DNA of 47,104 nt from Spirochaetota bacterium (GTDB lineage: Bacteria; Spirochaetota; B62-G9; DRHN01): assembly GCA_030673105.1 (NCBI GenBank), contig DAOVJS010000002.1, positions 1 to 47,104 of the forward strand, given 5' to 3'. This document shows, piece by piece, positions 1-10,341 of the stretch. The translations under genes and the position numbers were made by a program. Every line of letters starts with the position of its first letter. Positions within the stretch are counted from its first letter, which is position 1. The notes under the pieces are model-generated. The model made no database searches and was not told where the DNA came from. It saw only the letters and a list, made by a program, of their open reading frames with translations.

Positions 1-2
1 AA

Positions 3-584
3 AAATATCTTCAAACAGCTTTGGAATTTAATAAGGACACGATTGAGCATTTCCGGTATGAGAAAAATGGAGGATTTTTCTCAACACCGGATGACGGGGA
101 AAAATTACTCGTCAGAAAAAAGGAAGGTAACGACAGATCACTGCCCTCCGGAAACGCTGTCGCAATGCTGAACCTGCTTCGTCTCGGGCGAATAAACTCA
201 AGCTCCGGTTTAGAAAATATCGCGGCAGAGACTGGTAAAGCATTTTCAAAAACAGCCAATGATTCACCCTTATTTCACACCCAGCTCCTTACTGCCCTGA
301 GTTTCGCAGTTGGGCCATCTTACGAGATCGTCATTGTGGGAAAATCAAACGCGAGAGATACAGCGGAAATGCTGAGAGCAGTACGCAGTAATTTCATCCC
401 TAACAAGGTGATAATCTTCCGCCCCACAGACAGGGATAGCTCAGCTCTCGACGGGATCGCGGGATACACAAAAGGATTTGAGAGTATTGATGGAAAGGCA
501 ACCGCCTATGTCTGTCAAAATTATGTATGCAGCCTGCCGACAACAGATATAGATAAAATGCTCGAGCTGCTCAATGTGAATTAA
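3..584 (+). CDS. Thioredoxin-domain (DUF255/YyaL-type) protein, C-terminal fragment; 5' end lies outside the window
   Basis: The frame is open from the window edge, with no stop upstream of the TTG at 21. The C-terminal ending ...GKATAYVCQNYVCSLPTTD... resembles YyaL-type proteins from memory. Confidence 0.55.
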   Translation, partial: KYLQTALEFNKDTIEHFRYEKNGGFFSTPDDGEKLLVRKKEGNDRSLPSGNAVAMLNLLRLGRINSSSGLENIAAETGKAFSKTANDSPLFHTQLLTALSFAVGPSYEIVIVGKSNARDTAEMLRAVRSNFIPNKVIIFRPTDRDSSALDGIAGYTKGFESIDGKATAYVCQNYVCSLPTTDIDKMLELLNVN

Positions 585-731
585 TCAAGTAAACTTATAC
601 CCCGTTGAAAACGCGAAAAAATTAAACTTGATAAATAAAAGCAACTTTACTATTTTGAACATACAATTTTATGGGTACTGTGAAATAGTCAGTACGACTA
701 ACTTAATCAAATTAAAAATTAGGAGCTATAG

Positions 732-1127
732 ATGGACATGATCGTAACTTTTCCAGGCGGTAAAAAGGTTGATGCATCTTACAAAGGTTTTACAATTAAA
801 ACAGATCAATCGGAAAAAAATGGAGGCGACGGAACAGCACCAGCCCCTTTTGATCTGTTTCTTACTTCAATCGGGACCTGCGCGGGTATTTATGTACTCT
901 TGTTCTGTCAGAAACGGAACATTTCCACCGATAATATCATTGTTGTATTAAGTACGGTACGAAACGCCGAGACTCATATGATTGGTAAGATTGTAATCGA
1001 CATTAATCTTCCTGACGGGTTTCCGGAAAAGTATGTTAAAGCTGTGATATCGGCGGCAAACCTCTGCTCTGTAAAAAAACACATTTTAAAAGCACCTGAT
1101 TTTGACGTAATGGCCAATATCGGGTAA
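732..1127 (+). CDS. OsmC/Ohr-family protein
   Basis: 131 aa. It has GGDGTAPAPFDLFLTSIGTCAG and a second Cys in AANLCSVKKH, the two-Cys OsmC pattern. An AGGAG RBS lies upstream. Confidence 0.8.
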   Translation: MDMIVTFPGGKKVDASYKGFTIKTDQSEKNGGDGTAPAPFDLFLTSIGTCAGIYVLLFCQKRNISTDNIIVVLSTVRNAETHMIGKIVIDINLPDGFPEKYVKAVISAANLCSVKKHILKAPDFDVMANIG

Positions 1128-1240
1128 TATTTTATTTTCATACTAGCAGCCGGGCGAAAGCGATTCTGCAGCTGCATAAATTGCAACAACAGCAGTTTAA
1201 AAAGAAATTTTATTGACTTAAATAGAACAGGAGGGAACAT

Positions 1241-1825
1241 ATGATTCCTTATTACAATGATTTAAAATCTCTGAAACCGATGTCTCTCAGACGTGAAAAT
1301 GTATTGCTCTTTTTGAAACGCATTCTTTTTTCACTCCTGTTCGCCGGGATAACAGGGGCCTGCGCTCAAATAAGAATTTATCTACCCTTTACACCTGTCC
1401 CTGTGACAGGGCAGGTTTTTGCTGTCCTCCTGTGCGGAGCAGTTCTTGGAAAGGGATACGGAGCGTTGAGCCAGATTTTCTACATCCTGTTAGGCCTTTC
1501 AGGAGTGCCCTGGTTTGTGATAGGCCCGATAGGACCGACCGGCGGTTATTTAATCGGCTTCATACTCGCACCTTACCTGACAGGCCTGTTAATGGAGAAA
1601 ATGAAAAAAGTCAGCCTTTTTAAAACTTTTCTTTCAATGATAGCGGGTGTTTTTGTGATATATATTTTCGGCCTGATACAGTTTTCAATTTTCACACACA
1701 GGGATATTCTAGAATCTATCCCCCTCGCTGTACTTCCCTTCATTCCCTTTGACATTATAAAGGCCTTTATTGCGGCAGCAGCAGCCCATCTGTTTCTTAA
1801 GCGGATCTTTAGCAGGAATTTATAA
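1241..1825 (+). CDS. bioY: Biotin transporter BioY (ECF S-component type)
   Basis: 194 aa and polytopic. VPVTGQVFAVLLCGAVLG and GPTGGYLIGFILAPYLTG are typical BioY motifs. A GGAGGGA RBS is present. Confidence 0.85.
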   Translation: MIPYYNDLKSLKPMSLRRENVLLFLKRILFSLLFAGITGACAQIRIYLPFTPVPVTGQVFAVLLCGAVLGKGYGALSQIFYILLGLSGVPWFVIGPIGPTGGYLIGFILAPYLTGLLMEKMKKVSLFKTFLSMIAGVFVIYIFGLIQFSIFTHRDILESIPLAVLPFIPFDIIKAFIAAAAAHLFLKRIFSRNL

Positions 1826-1971
1826 GCAAGGAAAACCTCAGTGATATGATTCACGGGCTGGGCCTATTTTATCAAAGTTTACCCGTTATTTGACCGGAAT
1901 ATGCCGATATTTATTAAGAAGTTTTACATCTACAATCTTGATTAAACAGGACTATTTAATAAACCAGAGAC

Positions 1972-2985
1972 ATGAAGTTTATCTTAAAAACTACAATTAA
2001 AATATTAATTTTTTCTGTCCTTTTTATTATCCCGATCGGCCTTTTTATAACTTTTTTTTCTTTGAGCGGAAGAAATATTCCGATCTGGAACATCGGCATA
2101 AGAAACATTTTGCTCTTTTCGCAAAATTATTCCCTGTTAATTATCTTTATCAGCTATCTGATATCTACACTTCTCATCATTTCGCTTACCAATAAACAAA
2201 AAGTCAGATCCATATTGATGCTTCACATACCTGCTTTAATCGCGGGCAGCATTCTAGTAGGCGGCATCTACCTTACCCGGTACAGACATTATCCTCTTTC
2301 TTTAGGTGAAAAAAATGTTCAGTTAGACCACAGAGCTTTCCTCAGGGAGAACGTTTTTAATGATGTGAGCGGGAAATTGATCTTAATAAAAAAATCTGAA
2401 AATAATTATTATACCCTTTATATATATGACAGGACAAAAAATGACCTCGTAATAGCAAATAACGTCGGTATTGGTACAGGAAAAAAGAACTTCATATCTA
2501 TAAGCCAGAATAACCGCCGGCTTAATTTTACCTATGAGCGGAATAAAAAAAGTGAATCCCTGATAATTCCTTACAAAAAATTTACAGTCAAAAACGATCT
2601 TATTAACAACAGGCTTATTAACCGTTACACAGTTCAAATAAGAAAATTAACAATCTCTTTAAGTAACTATTTTATGAATCTCGACCAGACCGATAAATAC
2701 ATATTTCTCGGAACTCTTTTTATATCGGTACTTATGATTTCCATACCCCTTACCTATGCACTCAATGACGGTGGATGGGGATTTTCAGGAATTATCGGCG
2801 TAATCCTGCTTCTTGTTCTCCTGCCCTTCTTTTACGGAGCGGTTTTTAAAATATTACAGAGGTTCCGCTTTGGTATGTCTTTTCTCGGTAGATATTCATA
2901 TCTTTCATCTCCCCTGATCCTGTGTTTCTGCGGATTTTTCATCGACCTGCTGGTTAAAATACGCAGGCGGGAGAAGAAAATATGA
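1972..2985 (+). CDS. Polytopic membrane protein with LptF/LptG-like topology (3 TM, ~130-aa loop domain, 3 TM)
   Basis: 337-aa ORF, very AT-rich. Three hydrophobic helices lie at each end around a beta-looking soluble segment. Its stop overlaps the next start (ATGA). The function call is from topology only. Confidence 0.5.
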   Translation: MKFILKTTIKILIFSVLFIIPIGLFITFFSLSGRNIPIWNIGIRNILLFSQNYSLLIIFISYLISTLLIISLTNKQKVRSILMLHIPALIAGSILVGGIYLTRYRHYPLSLGEKNVQLDHRAFLRENVFNDVSGKLILIKKSENNYYTLYIYDRTKNDLVIANNVGIGTGKKNFISISQNNRRLNFTYERNKKSESLIIPYKKFTVKNDLINNRLINRYTVQIRKLTISLSNYFMNLDQTDKYIFLGTLFISVLMISIPLTYALNDGGWGFSGIIGVILLLVLLPFFYGAVFKILQRFRFGMSFLGRYSYLSSPLILCFCGFFIDLLVKIRRREKKI

Positions 2986-4676
2986 GAATGTCTGCCAATA
3001 AAACAACAAAAAATACAGCCCTTTATCTCATAATGGGTATTCTCATAATTTTCTTCCTTCTTTTTATATTTTATTACATCTCCTTCAACAGAAACATTCA
3101 TGATGAATATATCGCCGGATCTCTAAAAGGCCCGGTTATATTCAGGGACGCATTAATAAAATCACTCGCATTTCTGCCTGTAATAATCATAGTTGTATAC
3201 GTAATTTCTTTTTCAGTTTTATTTACACTCCGCCCTTTTCAAACAGATAAATTCTCCTACTCGAATATCGCGGTTCCATCCTACGTAGTTTTAATTATTT
3301 TTATCATAATTATATTACTTTCCGAGTTCCTGATTATCCCGAGATTACACAAAGAAAAGGCCGCTATAATTTACCATTCAAAAATAACAAACAGGGTGCT
3401 GCTGTATGCTAAGGAGTTGAATAATAGGCAGGAGTATGAGAAAGCCCTTGCTGTCCTGGAAATCAGTCTTGCAATAGACGGGAGTAATAAAAAAGTTAGG
3501 AAGCTGCGTGCCGAAATAACTGATAACCTTATCCTGATGTCCCCTGTAATTTCCTCAACCGCGGATGAAATGAAAAAAAGCGCGGAGGAGGTAACTCTGA
3601 ACTACTATGAAAGAGGGAGGGCTGAATATGAAGAGGGAAATTACTACAACGCCCTTTTTTATCTTGAGCGCGCACTCAAACTCCACAAAGATAATGAGGA
3701 GCTAAAGGAGCTCTACAGGAGGTGTAAACTCAAGGCAGAGAACAGCCTCGGGAAAATTACAAAAGAAGAGGAACAGAAAAAAAGTTTGATACAGCAGAAG
3801 GCGCTTGCACTTGAGCACCTCGATAACGGTGAATACTACGAGGCCTATGAAATATTTTTATCTTTAAATAATAAGTTCCCCGATCTGAAGGACATAAATC
3901 TTTACCTGGAAACGGTGAAACAGGAGCTCCTAAAAGAAGATTTTTTACCGGAGGAAATCAGGGATGTAGAATGGCTGCCTTCAATGAACAACATTATTTT
4001 TTTTGACAGGGAAGGTTATTTAAATACAATAGAACGGGCAATACCCTTTCAGGGCAATTTTTATTTTATCAATATCAAACGTTATAAAACACACAAAAAC
4101 GAAACAAAAGTTGTTTCTTTAAAATACGGCAAGTGGATAGGAAATAAAATCAGACTGAAGAACAATGAAGGTTTTGAAAAATCCATGGAAAAGGATGAAG
4201 AGCTTCTCAATATATACCCCTTCATAAGCCCCGCTTACTTAATCTACCTAGGTGGAAGCGGATCTCTGGCAAAAATGTTAAATATCTATGAACATTTCAG
4301 CCTGTCAAAAGATCTTAAAAAAAGCGGGTTAGATATAGAAAACAACCTGATATTCCTGTCTCGAAAAATGGGTATATTATTTTCTGTTTATTTTCTTACT
4401 CTCTTTTTATCCTCTCTTGCCTGGTCAAGGAGATCCACATATGAGTCTCCCCCAAAATTTAAACTTCTCCTTTTCATAATAATTGTACCTTTTATGGCCT
4501 ATTTCCTGTTCAGGTTATACATAAATATGAACAGTATCCTTATATACTCTCACAGATATTTTACCCGTTTTCTTTTTAAAAGTATGAATACAGCCGTATA
4601 TACAGGCTTAATAAATCTAATTTTTTCTCTCATAGCCACTTTCCTCTTCCTGTCCCCCGGAAGAAAAGCTGAATAA
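2982..4676 (+). CDS. Polytopic membrane protein, LptF/G-like topology with an inserted TPR-like helical region
   Basis: 564 aa. It has 3 N-terminal and 3 C-terminal TM helices. The central part has TPR-like repeats (YEKALAVLEISLAID, GNYYNALFYLERALKL, GEYYEAYEIFLSLN) followed by a beta-looking segment. Confidence 0.5.
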   Translation: MRMSANKTTKNTALYLIMGILIIFFLLFIFYYISFNRNIHDEYIAGSLKGPVIFRDALIKSLAFLPVIIIVVYVISFSVLFTLRPFQTDKFSYSNIAVPSYVVLIIFIIIILLSEFLIIPRLHKEKAAIIYHSKITNRVLLYAKELNNRQEYEKALAVLEISLAIDGSNKKVRKLRAEITDNLILMSPVISSTADEMKKSAEEVTLNYYERGRAEYEEGNYYNALFYLERALKLHKDNEELKELYRRCKLKAENSLGKITKEEEQKKSLIQQKALALEHLDNGEYYEAYEIFLSLNNKFPDLKDINLYLETVKQELLKEDFLPEEIRDVEWLPSMNNIIFFDREGYLNTIERAIPFQGNFYFINIKRYKTHKNETKVVSLKYGKWIGNKIRLKNNEGFEKSMEKDEELLNIYPFISPAYLIYLGGSGSLAKMLNIYEHFSLSKDLKKSGLDIENNLIFLSRKMGILFSVYFLTLFLSSLAWSRRSTYESPPKFKLLLFIIIVPFMAYFLFRLYINMNSILIYSHRYFTRFLFKSMNTAVYTGLINLIFSLIATFLFLSPGRKAE

Positions 4677-4786
4677 CAGAAAAGTTAAAAGAACAGTCTG
4701 ATTTTTTATATTGATTGAATCTCTCAATGCTATTATTATTTATAATCTTTTAGGAAGGCCATTTATACCGGACCGGGATATTTTCC

Positions 4787-5122
4787 ATGGGTTACTGGCG
4801 GCTGCCGCTCGATTCCTGCGAACACTTCATCACCGTCGGAAAAGTAAACATCATAGAGTACAGGTGCAAGGGCTGTGGATACTGTATAGAATTCTGCCCG
4901 AAAGATGTGCTTGAAGAATCAACATATTTCAACGAAAAGGGCTACCATCCGCCGTATGTTAAAATTGAGGGAAAGTGTATAAACTGTAATTTCTGTGAGA
5001 CGATCTGCCCTGAATTCGCAATTTTCTGTACTGAACTCGAGCGCAGGGAAATTAAACCGGAAGATATAATCACGGAACCTGAATACAGGCACCGGATGCG
5101 TCAGCGTAAAAAACAGGATTGA
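4787..5122 (+). CDS. korD: 2-oxoacid:ferredoxin oxidoreductase delta subunit (2x[4Fe-4S] ferredoxin)
   Basis: Two CxxCxxCxxxCP motifs (CKGCGYCIEFCP, CINCNFCETICP). It sits directly upstream of korA. The start codon is uncertain because there is no clear RBS. Confidence 0.7.
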   Translation: MGYWRLPLDSCEHFITVGKVNIIEYRCKGCGYCIEFCPKDVLEESTYFNEKGYHPPYVKIEGKCINCNFCETICPEFAIFCTELERREIKPEDIITEPEYRHRMRQRKKQD

Positions 5123-5154
5123 CTGTTAAACCGGCCCCTAACTAAGGTAATTTC

Positions 5155-6312
5155 ATGAAAAGTAATACTGTAATAACAGGCACGCATTTCATCACCGGGG
5201 ACGACGCCTGTGCTGAAGGAGGCATTGCGGCAGGCTGCACATTTTTTGCCGGTTACCCGATAACTCCCGCGACTGAAGTTGCTGAGAGGATGTCAAAACG
5301 TCTTCCACAGGTAGGCGGTGTATACGTGCAGATGGAAGACGAGCTCGCGTCCATGGCAGCTGTTATCGGTGCGTCCTCCGCTGGAGCACGTGCCATGACC
5401 TCAACTTCAGGGCCCGGCTTTTCCCTAATGATGGAGAACATAGGGCTGGCCGTGATGCTTGAAGTGCCCTGTGTGATAGTAAATATCATGAGAGGGGGGC
5501 CGTCAACGGGGCTTCCCACTCTGGTCGGCCAGCAGGACGTAATGCAGGCCCGCTGGGGATCACACGGCGATTATGAAATCATAGCGCTTTCACCATCCTC
5601 ACCCCAGGAATCCTTTGAACTGACCGTAGACGCTTTTAACCTCGCTGATATTTACAGGGTACCTGTAATTATTCTAAGCGATGAAATCATCGGGCATATG
5701 ACTGAGAAGGTGACTATCTCTGAAACAGAAAAAATCAAGATTGTCCATCGAAAAAACCCGGCCTGCGGGCCTGAAAATTTTGTGCCATTTTTTCCGGACG
5801 AAGATGGTGTTCCTCCCATGGCCCTTGCGGGTGATGGATATCATGTACATGCGACAGGGCTGACACACGACGAGCACGGCTACCCTGTCATTACAGCAGA
5901 TGCCCAGGAAAGGCTTGTGCAGCGGCTCGTGAACAAGATAAGAAAGAATGAAGAAAAGATAGTTCGTACAGAAGAATATTATCTGGATGATGCCGAGGTA
6001 ATCATTATTTCCTACGGATGCTCGGCACGAACTTCACTCGACGTTGTCGAAACAGCGCACGGGAAGGGCATGAAAGTCGGATTTCTGAGACTGATCACAA
6101 TCTGGCCTTTCCCTGAAACAAAGATCCGCGGGCTGGCTTCCCGGAAAAATGTGAAGGCCTTTGTTGTGGCTGAGATAAACCACGGTCAAGTGGTTTACGA
6201 AGTTGAACGGTGCGCCGCGGGAGAGGCGGAAACCGTGCTTGCCGGCTTCATGGGAGGCCGCATTTTTGAGCCGGACGAGCTCTACAAAGTCGTGCAGGAG
6301 ATCGCTAATTGA
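5155..6312 (+). CDS. korA: 2-oxoacid:ferredoxin oxidoreductase alpha subunit
   Basis: 385 aa. The N-terminal ITGDDACAEGGIAAGCTFFAGYPITPATEV is typical of KorA/PorA-type subunits. Confidence 0.9.
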   Translation: MKSNTVITGTHFITGDDACAEGGIAAGCTFFAGYPITPATEVAERMSKRLPQVGGVYVQMEDELASMAAVIGASSAGARAMTSTSGPGFSLMMENIGLAVMLEVPCVIVNIMRGGPSTGLPTLVGQQDVMQARWGSHGDYEIIALSPSSPQESFELTVDAFNLADIYRVPVIILSDEIIGHMTEKVTISETEKIKIVHRKNPACGPENFVPFFPDEDGVPPMALAGDGYHVHATGLTHDEHGYPVITADAQERLVQRLVNKIRKNEEKIVRTEEYYLDDAEVIIISYGCSARTSLDVVETAHGKGMKVGFLRLITIWPFPETKIRGLASRKNVKAFVVAEINHGQVVYEVERCAAGEAETVLAGFMGGRIFEPDELYKVVQEIAN

Positions 6313-7205
6313 AAGAAAGGCTGAAGCAAGCGCCTCCAAAAATACCGGATGAAGCAAAACTGTCCTGGAAAAAAGGACACGGTGATCATCCGCTCGACCG
6401 CTATCTAAAAGAAGGCCGTATCCCCCATATCTGGTGCCCCGGCTGCGGGATCGGCATTGCTTTTACCGCCTTTATCAAGGCACTTGAAAAAGCCGAATTC
6501 GATCAGGATAAAACCGTCGTTGTTTCAGGCATAGGCTGTTCCGGACGTGCAGCCGGATATCTAAACCTTGACACTTATCATACAACACACGGCCGCGCGA
6601 TACCCTTTGCAACGGGCCTGAAGCTAGCGAAACCGGAACTAAAAACAGTGGTTTTCAGCGGTGATGGCGACCTCTTCGCCATAGGCGGCAACCATATCAT
6701 TCACGCCGCGCGGCGTAATGTTGACATGACCGTTATCTGCATAAACAACTTCAATTACGGCATGACCGGCGGGCAGGGCGGCCCAACAACACCTGTAGAG
6801 GCAAGGACCACGACCACACCATACGGCTGCGCTGAGCACCCGTTTAATCTGATATATCTTGCAAAAGCAGCAGGCGCCGCTTATGTAGCCCGCTGGACAG
6901 CGCTTCATACGCATGAGCTTCGCGATTCAATTGTCGAGGCAATGAGCAAAACCGGATTCAGCTTTGTCGAGGTTATTACCCCCTGCCCCACAGGGTACGC
7001 GCGCCGAAACAGGCTCGGTACCGGGCTTGAAATTATGCGCTTTTACAAAGAAAATTCCTATATAACAGACATACTCGAACCGGAGGACACAGCACTTCTT
7101 TTTAAGGGCAAAATCGCTGTCGGTAAGTTTGTGGATATTGAAAAGCCGACTTTCATGGAGATGTACAGGGAATATATTGTTCAGCAGGCTGAAAATTCCG
7201 GGTAA
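6309..7205 (+). CDS. korB: 2-oxoacid:ferredoxin oxidoreductase beta subunit (TPP-binding)
   Basis: 298 aa. It has a GIGCSGR motif and the TPP motif GDGDLFAIGGNH. The TTG start overlaps the korA TGA stop. Confidence 0.9.
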   Translation: MKERLKQAPPKIPDEAKLSWKKGHGDHPLDRYLKEGRIPHIWCPGCGIGIAFTAFIKALEKAEFDQDKTVVVSGIGCSGRAAGYLNLDTYHTTHGRAIPFATGLKLAKPELKTVVFSGDGDLFAIGGNHIIHAARRNVDMTVICINNFNYGMTGGQGGPTTPVEARTTTTPYGCAEHPFNLIYLAKAAGAAYVARWTALHTHELRDSIVEAMSKTGFSFVEVITPCPTGYARRNRLGTGLEIMRFYKENSYITDILEPEDTALLFKGKIAVGKFVDIEKPTFMEMYREYIVQQAENSG

Positions 7206-7254
7206 AATAGAGGCGCCCGCGATGAATGGAAAAAATGAATAGCTGCTGCCGACC

Positions 7255-7833
7255 ATGCAAAACATGACACGTAAGGTTAACATAAAAATTGTGAAAAAAC
7301 AGGTGCGGCTTGCCGGATTCGGCGGCCAGGGAATCGTTCTCGCGGGTATGATACTTGGCAGGGCTGCCGTTCTGTTCGAAGGCCTAAACGCGGTGATGAC
7401 CCAGAGCTACGGTCCCGAGGCGCGGGGCGGCGCATGCAGTGCTGATGTATTAATTTCAAAGGGACGAATAAATTACCCACGCGTTACTGTGCCGGACATT
7501 CTCGTGCTCATGGCGGAGGAGGCTGCCCGCACCTACGGTCCGAATACAGGTGAAAACGCATTCGTTCTTATCAATGAGGACCTCGTCAAAACGGTACCCG
7601 GCGGACCCGGGCTTCGGATCTTCAAAATCCCTGCAACCAGCATTGCCGAAAAGCTTGGCAGGGTCATTGTGGCAAATATTGTTATGCTCGGTTTTATTGC
7701 CGGGACCACCGGGATAGTCAGTCACGAATCCATGGAACAGGCAATTCTTGCCAGTATCCCTGAAGGCACGGAAGAGCTCAACATCTCAGCATTCCAGACA
7801 GGTTATAATCAGGGTAAGGCAAAGGTCCGTTGA
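7255..7833 (+). CDS. korC: 2-oxoacid:ferredoxin oxidoreductase gamma subunit
   Basis: 192 aa. GFGGQGIVLAGMILGRAA is typical of gamma subunits. Confidence 0.85.
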   Translation: MQNMTRKVNIKIVKKQVRLAGFGGQGIVLAGMILGRAAVLFEGLNAVMTQSYGPEARGGACSADVLISKGRINYPRVTVPDILVLMAEEAARTYGPNTGENAFVLINEDLVKTVPGGPGLRIFKIPATSIAEKLGRVIVANIVMLGFIAGTTGIVSHESMEQAILASIPEGTEELNISAFQTGYNQGKAKVR

Positions 7834-7854
7834 GTCAGATGCGCGGATGAAAGG

Positions 7855-10341
7855 ATGAAAAGGTTGAACAGGAATCAAGGGGAACATATCTATAATAAAA
7901 ATGAAGAGCCACGGATAGGAGTATATGTCTGTCACTGCGGTCTTAACATAGGAGGCTCTGTGGACTGTGAGGCTGTCGCGAAGTACGCGTCAAAGCTGTT
8001 GGGCGTTGTCCATACAGAGCATCAGCTCTACACATGCTCCGAACCCGGCCAGGAAAAGATCAAACAGGATATCGTCGAACACAAGCTGAACCGTATTGTG
8101 GTTGCCGCGTGTTCACCCAGGATGCACGAGCCGACATTTCGAAGCTGTATCAAGGCCGCCGGTCTGAACCAATACCTTATGGAGATGGCAAACATCAGGG
8201 AGCACTGCTCATGGGTGCATCTGCACGAAAAACCGGAGGCGACTGAGAAGGCAGAAGACCTGGTGGGAATGGCAGTAGCGCGTGCCAGGCTGCTGAGCCC
8301 GCAGGAAGAGATAGAAATACCTGTATTGCGCAGTGCACTTGTTATAGGCGGCGGGGTCGCCGGGATCCAGGCAGCTCTTGACCTTGCGGACAGCGGCTAC
8401 GGGGTAATAATTGTCGAAAAAGAGCCCAGTATCGGCGGAAGGATGGCACAGATTGATAAAACATTCCCAACCATGGATTGTTCGATCTGCATCCTGGCGC
8501 CAAAAATGGCCGAACTCGGCCGTCACCCGAAAATAAAATTGATGACCCTTACCGAAGTCACAGGCATCAACGGCTATGTAGGCCGCTTCAGCGTGACAGT
8601 AAAACACAAGGCCCGTTATGTTAAAGATGATTGTTCCTCATGCCATGAGTGCGTGGAAGTATGCCCTCAGCATGCCCCGAACGAATTTGACATAGGCCTT
8701 GCCACACGGAAGGCAATATACCTGCCTTTCGCGCAGGCTGTACCGTCGACATACCTTATAGACATGGATCTCTGTTTGAATAAGAACGGGGTCCGTGTGT
8801 GCGAAAAATGTGTCGATGCGTGTGAGAGAAAGTGTATCGATTTTAACGATACTGACAGCGAAGAGGCCTTTGAGGTCGGAACAATCATTGTCGCCTCAGG
8901 CGTCGACGTGTTCGACGCTTCTGAAATACCGCAGTACCTCTATAAGAAGGCGCCAAATGTGATTACAAGCCTCGAATTCGAGCGCATGATCAACGCCGGC
9001 GGTCCGACCCACGGCCGTCTTATACGACCATCAGATCACGAAACCCCGAAATCCGTTGCCTTCATACAGTGTATCGGCTCCCGCTCCTCAAAAACAAACC
9101 CCTACTGCAGCAATGTATGCTGTATGAACACAATAAAAGACTCGCTTCTTATCAAAGAGCACTGGCCTGATACTGAGATAAAGGTATTCTATATTGATAT
9201 CAGGGCGTTCGGTAAAGGTTTCGAAGACCTGTTTCAGCGCGCTAAACTATCCGGTGTACGGTTCATCAGAGGTTTACCAGGCGAGATAGTCCAGCTTAAA
9301 AACGGTAATCTGAAGCTGCTCGGTGAAATGACCCTTATGAATGAGCTATACGATATTGAGACAGAGCTGGTAATCCTGTCAATAGGCATAAAGCCGGCCG
9401 CAGGAAGCAGCGATTTGCGTAAATACCTTTCACTCTCCATAACAGGCGGAGGGTTTTTCATGGTGGCCCATCCCAAACTGAAGCCTGTTGACACGTCCAT
9501 CCGCGGTGTTTTTCTCGCAGGCTGCGCTGAGGGGCCAAAAGACATAAAGGAATCCGTTACTCAGGCAAGCGCCGCTGCCTCACGGGCCAATATCATCATG
9601 CACAGGGGAAGCGTGGCTGTCGAAGCAATTACTGCCCGTGTCAAAGAGGAAAACTGCACAGGTTGCGGTGCCTGCGTCAGGGTGTGCCCCTACCAGGCAA
9701 TCTATCTTAATGATGAAAAAAAGGCCGTAGTGGTGGACGCGGCATGCATGGGGTGCGGCACATGCGGCGCCGAGTGCATGTATGAAGCGATAACAATGCG
9801 CCATTTCACAGATGAGCAGATTCTTGCCCAGATAGACGCCTTTTCAGAGCACGGACCTGAAAAGAAGATACTGGCCTTCAACTGCAACTGGTGTTCATAC
9901 GCGGGAGCAGACTTCGCGGGTGTGAGCCGAATGCAGTACCCTCCTGAGGTTCGTATCATCAGGACAATGTGCTCGGGCCGTGTATCGACCCGTTTCATCG
10001 AGCACGCGTTTTCACGGGGCGTGGCTATCGTGCTCATATCCGGATGCCACATAGGCGACTGTCACTACATCAACGCCAACACATTTACTGAAAAGCGTTA
10101 CAATCACATGCGGAAAATCATGAAGCAGGGCGGGCTCGACATAGACAGACTCCATCTGGTATGGATCAGCGCTTCTGAAGGACAGAGGTTCCAGGAAAAG
10201 GTAGAGGAACTTAAAAGAAAACTCATGAGTGTGCCTTCCATAGAGATCCGGAAAGGTATCAGATATTTTAAAGAGCGCAAAGAAAAAAGTAAAAAACTAA
10301 TTCCGAAAACCCGGGAGCCCGCCCATGTCAGGGACACCTGA
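7855..10341 (+). CDS. hdrA: Heterodisulfide reductase subunit A fused to a C-terminal MvhD-type domain
   Basis: 828 aa. The HdrA N-terminus is RIGVYVCHCGLNIGG. The FAD motif is VIGGGVAGIQAALDLA...SIGGRMAQIDKTFPTMDCSIC. Ferredoxin-like Cys clusters are present. The C-terminal ILAFNCNWCSYAGADFAG...IRTMCSGRV...SGCHIGDCHY matches an MvhD/FlpD domain. Confidence 0.85.
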   Translation: MKRLNRNQGEHIYNKNEEPRIGVYVCHCGLNIGGSVDCEAVAKYASKLLGVVHTEHQLYTCSEPGQEKIKQDIVEHKLNRIVVAACSPRMHEPTFRSCIKAAGLNQYLMEMANIREHCSWVHLHEKPEATEKAEDLVGMAVARARLLSPQEEIEIPVLRSALVIGGGVAGIQAALDLADSGYGVIIVEKEPSIGGRMAQIDKTFPTMDCSICILAPKMAELGRHPKIKLMTLTEVTGINGYVGRFSVTVKHKARYVKDDCSSCHECVEVCPQHAPNEFDIGLATRKAIYLPFAQAVPSTYLIDMDLCLNKNGVRVCEKCVDACERKCIDFNDTDSEEAFEVGTIIVASGVDVFDASEIPQYLYKKAPNVITSLEFERMINAGGPTHGRLIRPSDHETPKSVAFIQCIGSRSSKTNPYCSNVCCMNTIKDSLLIKEHWPDTEIKVFYIDIRAFGKGFEDLFQRAKLSGVRFIRGLPGEIVQLKNGNLKLLGEMTLMNELYDIETELVILSIGIKPAAGSSDLRKYLSLSITGGGFFMVAHPKLKPVDTSIRGVFLAGCAEGPKDIKESVTQASAAASRANIIMHRGSVAVEAITARVKEENCTGCGACVRVCPYQAIYLNDEKKAVVVDAACMGCGTCGAECMYEAITMRHFTDEQILAQIDAFSEHGPEKKILAFNCNWCSYAGADFAGVSRMQYPPEVRIIRTMCSGRVSTRFIEHAFSRGVAIVLISGCHIGDCHYINANTFTEKRYNHMRKIMKQGGLDIDRLHLVWISASEGQRFQEKVEELKRKLMSVPSIEIRKGIRYFKERKEKSKKLIPKTREPAHVRDT

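Noticed and set aside
1873-1910. CAAAGTTT ... GCCGATAT upstream of the first membrane-protein gene, as a sigma28 promoter
   Set aside because: Both halves look good, but they are 22 nt apart. The other candidates in this window have a 12-nt spacer, so the geometry is wrong.
4711-4914. A 67-aa ORF overlapping the korD start
   Set aside because: It is out of frame with korD and overlaps it. It resembles no protein I know. The korD frame carries the ferredoxin Cys motifs.
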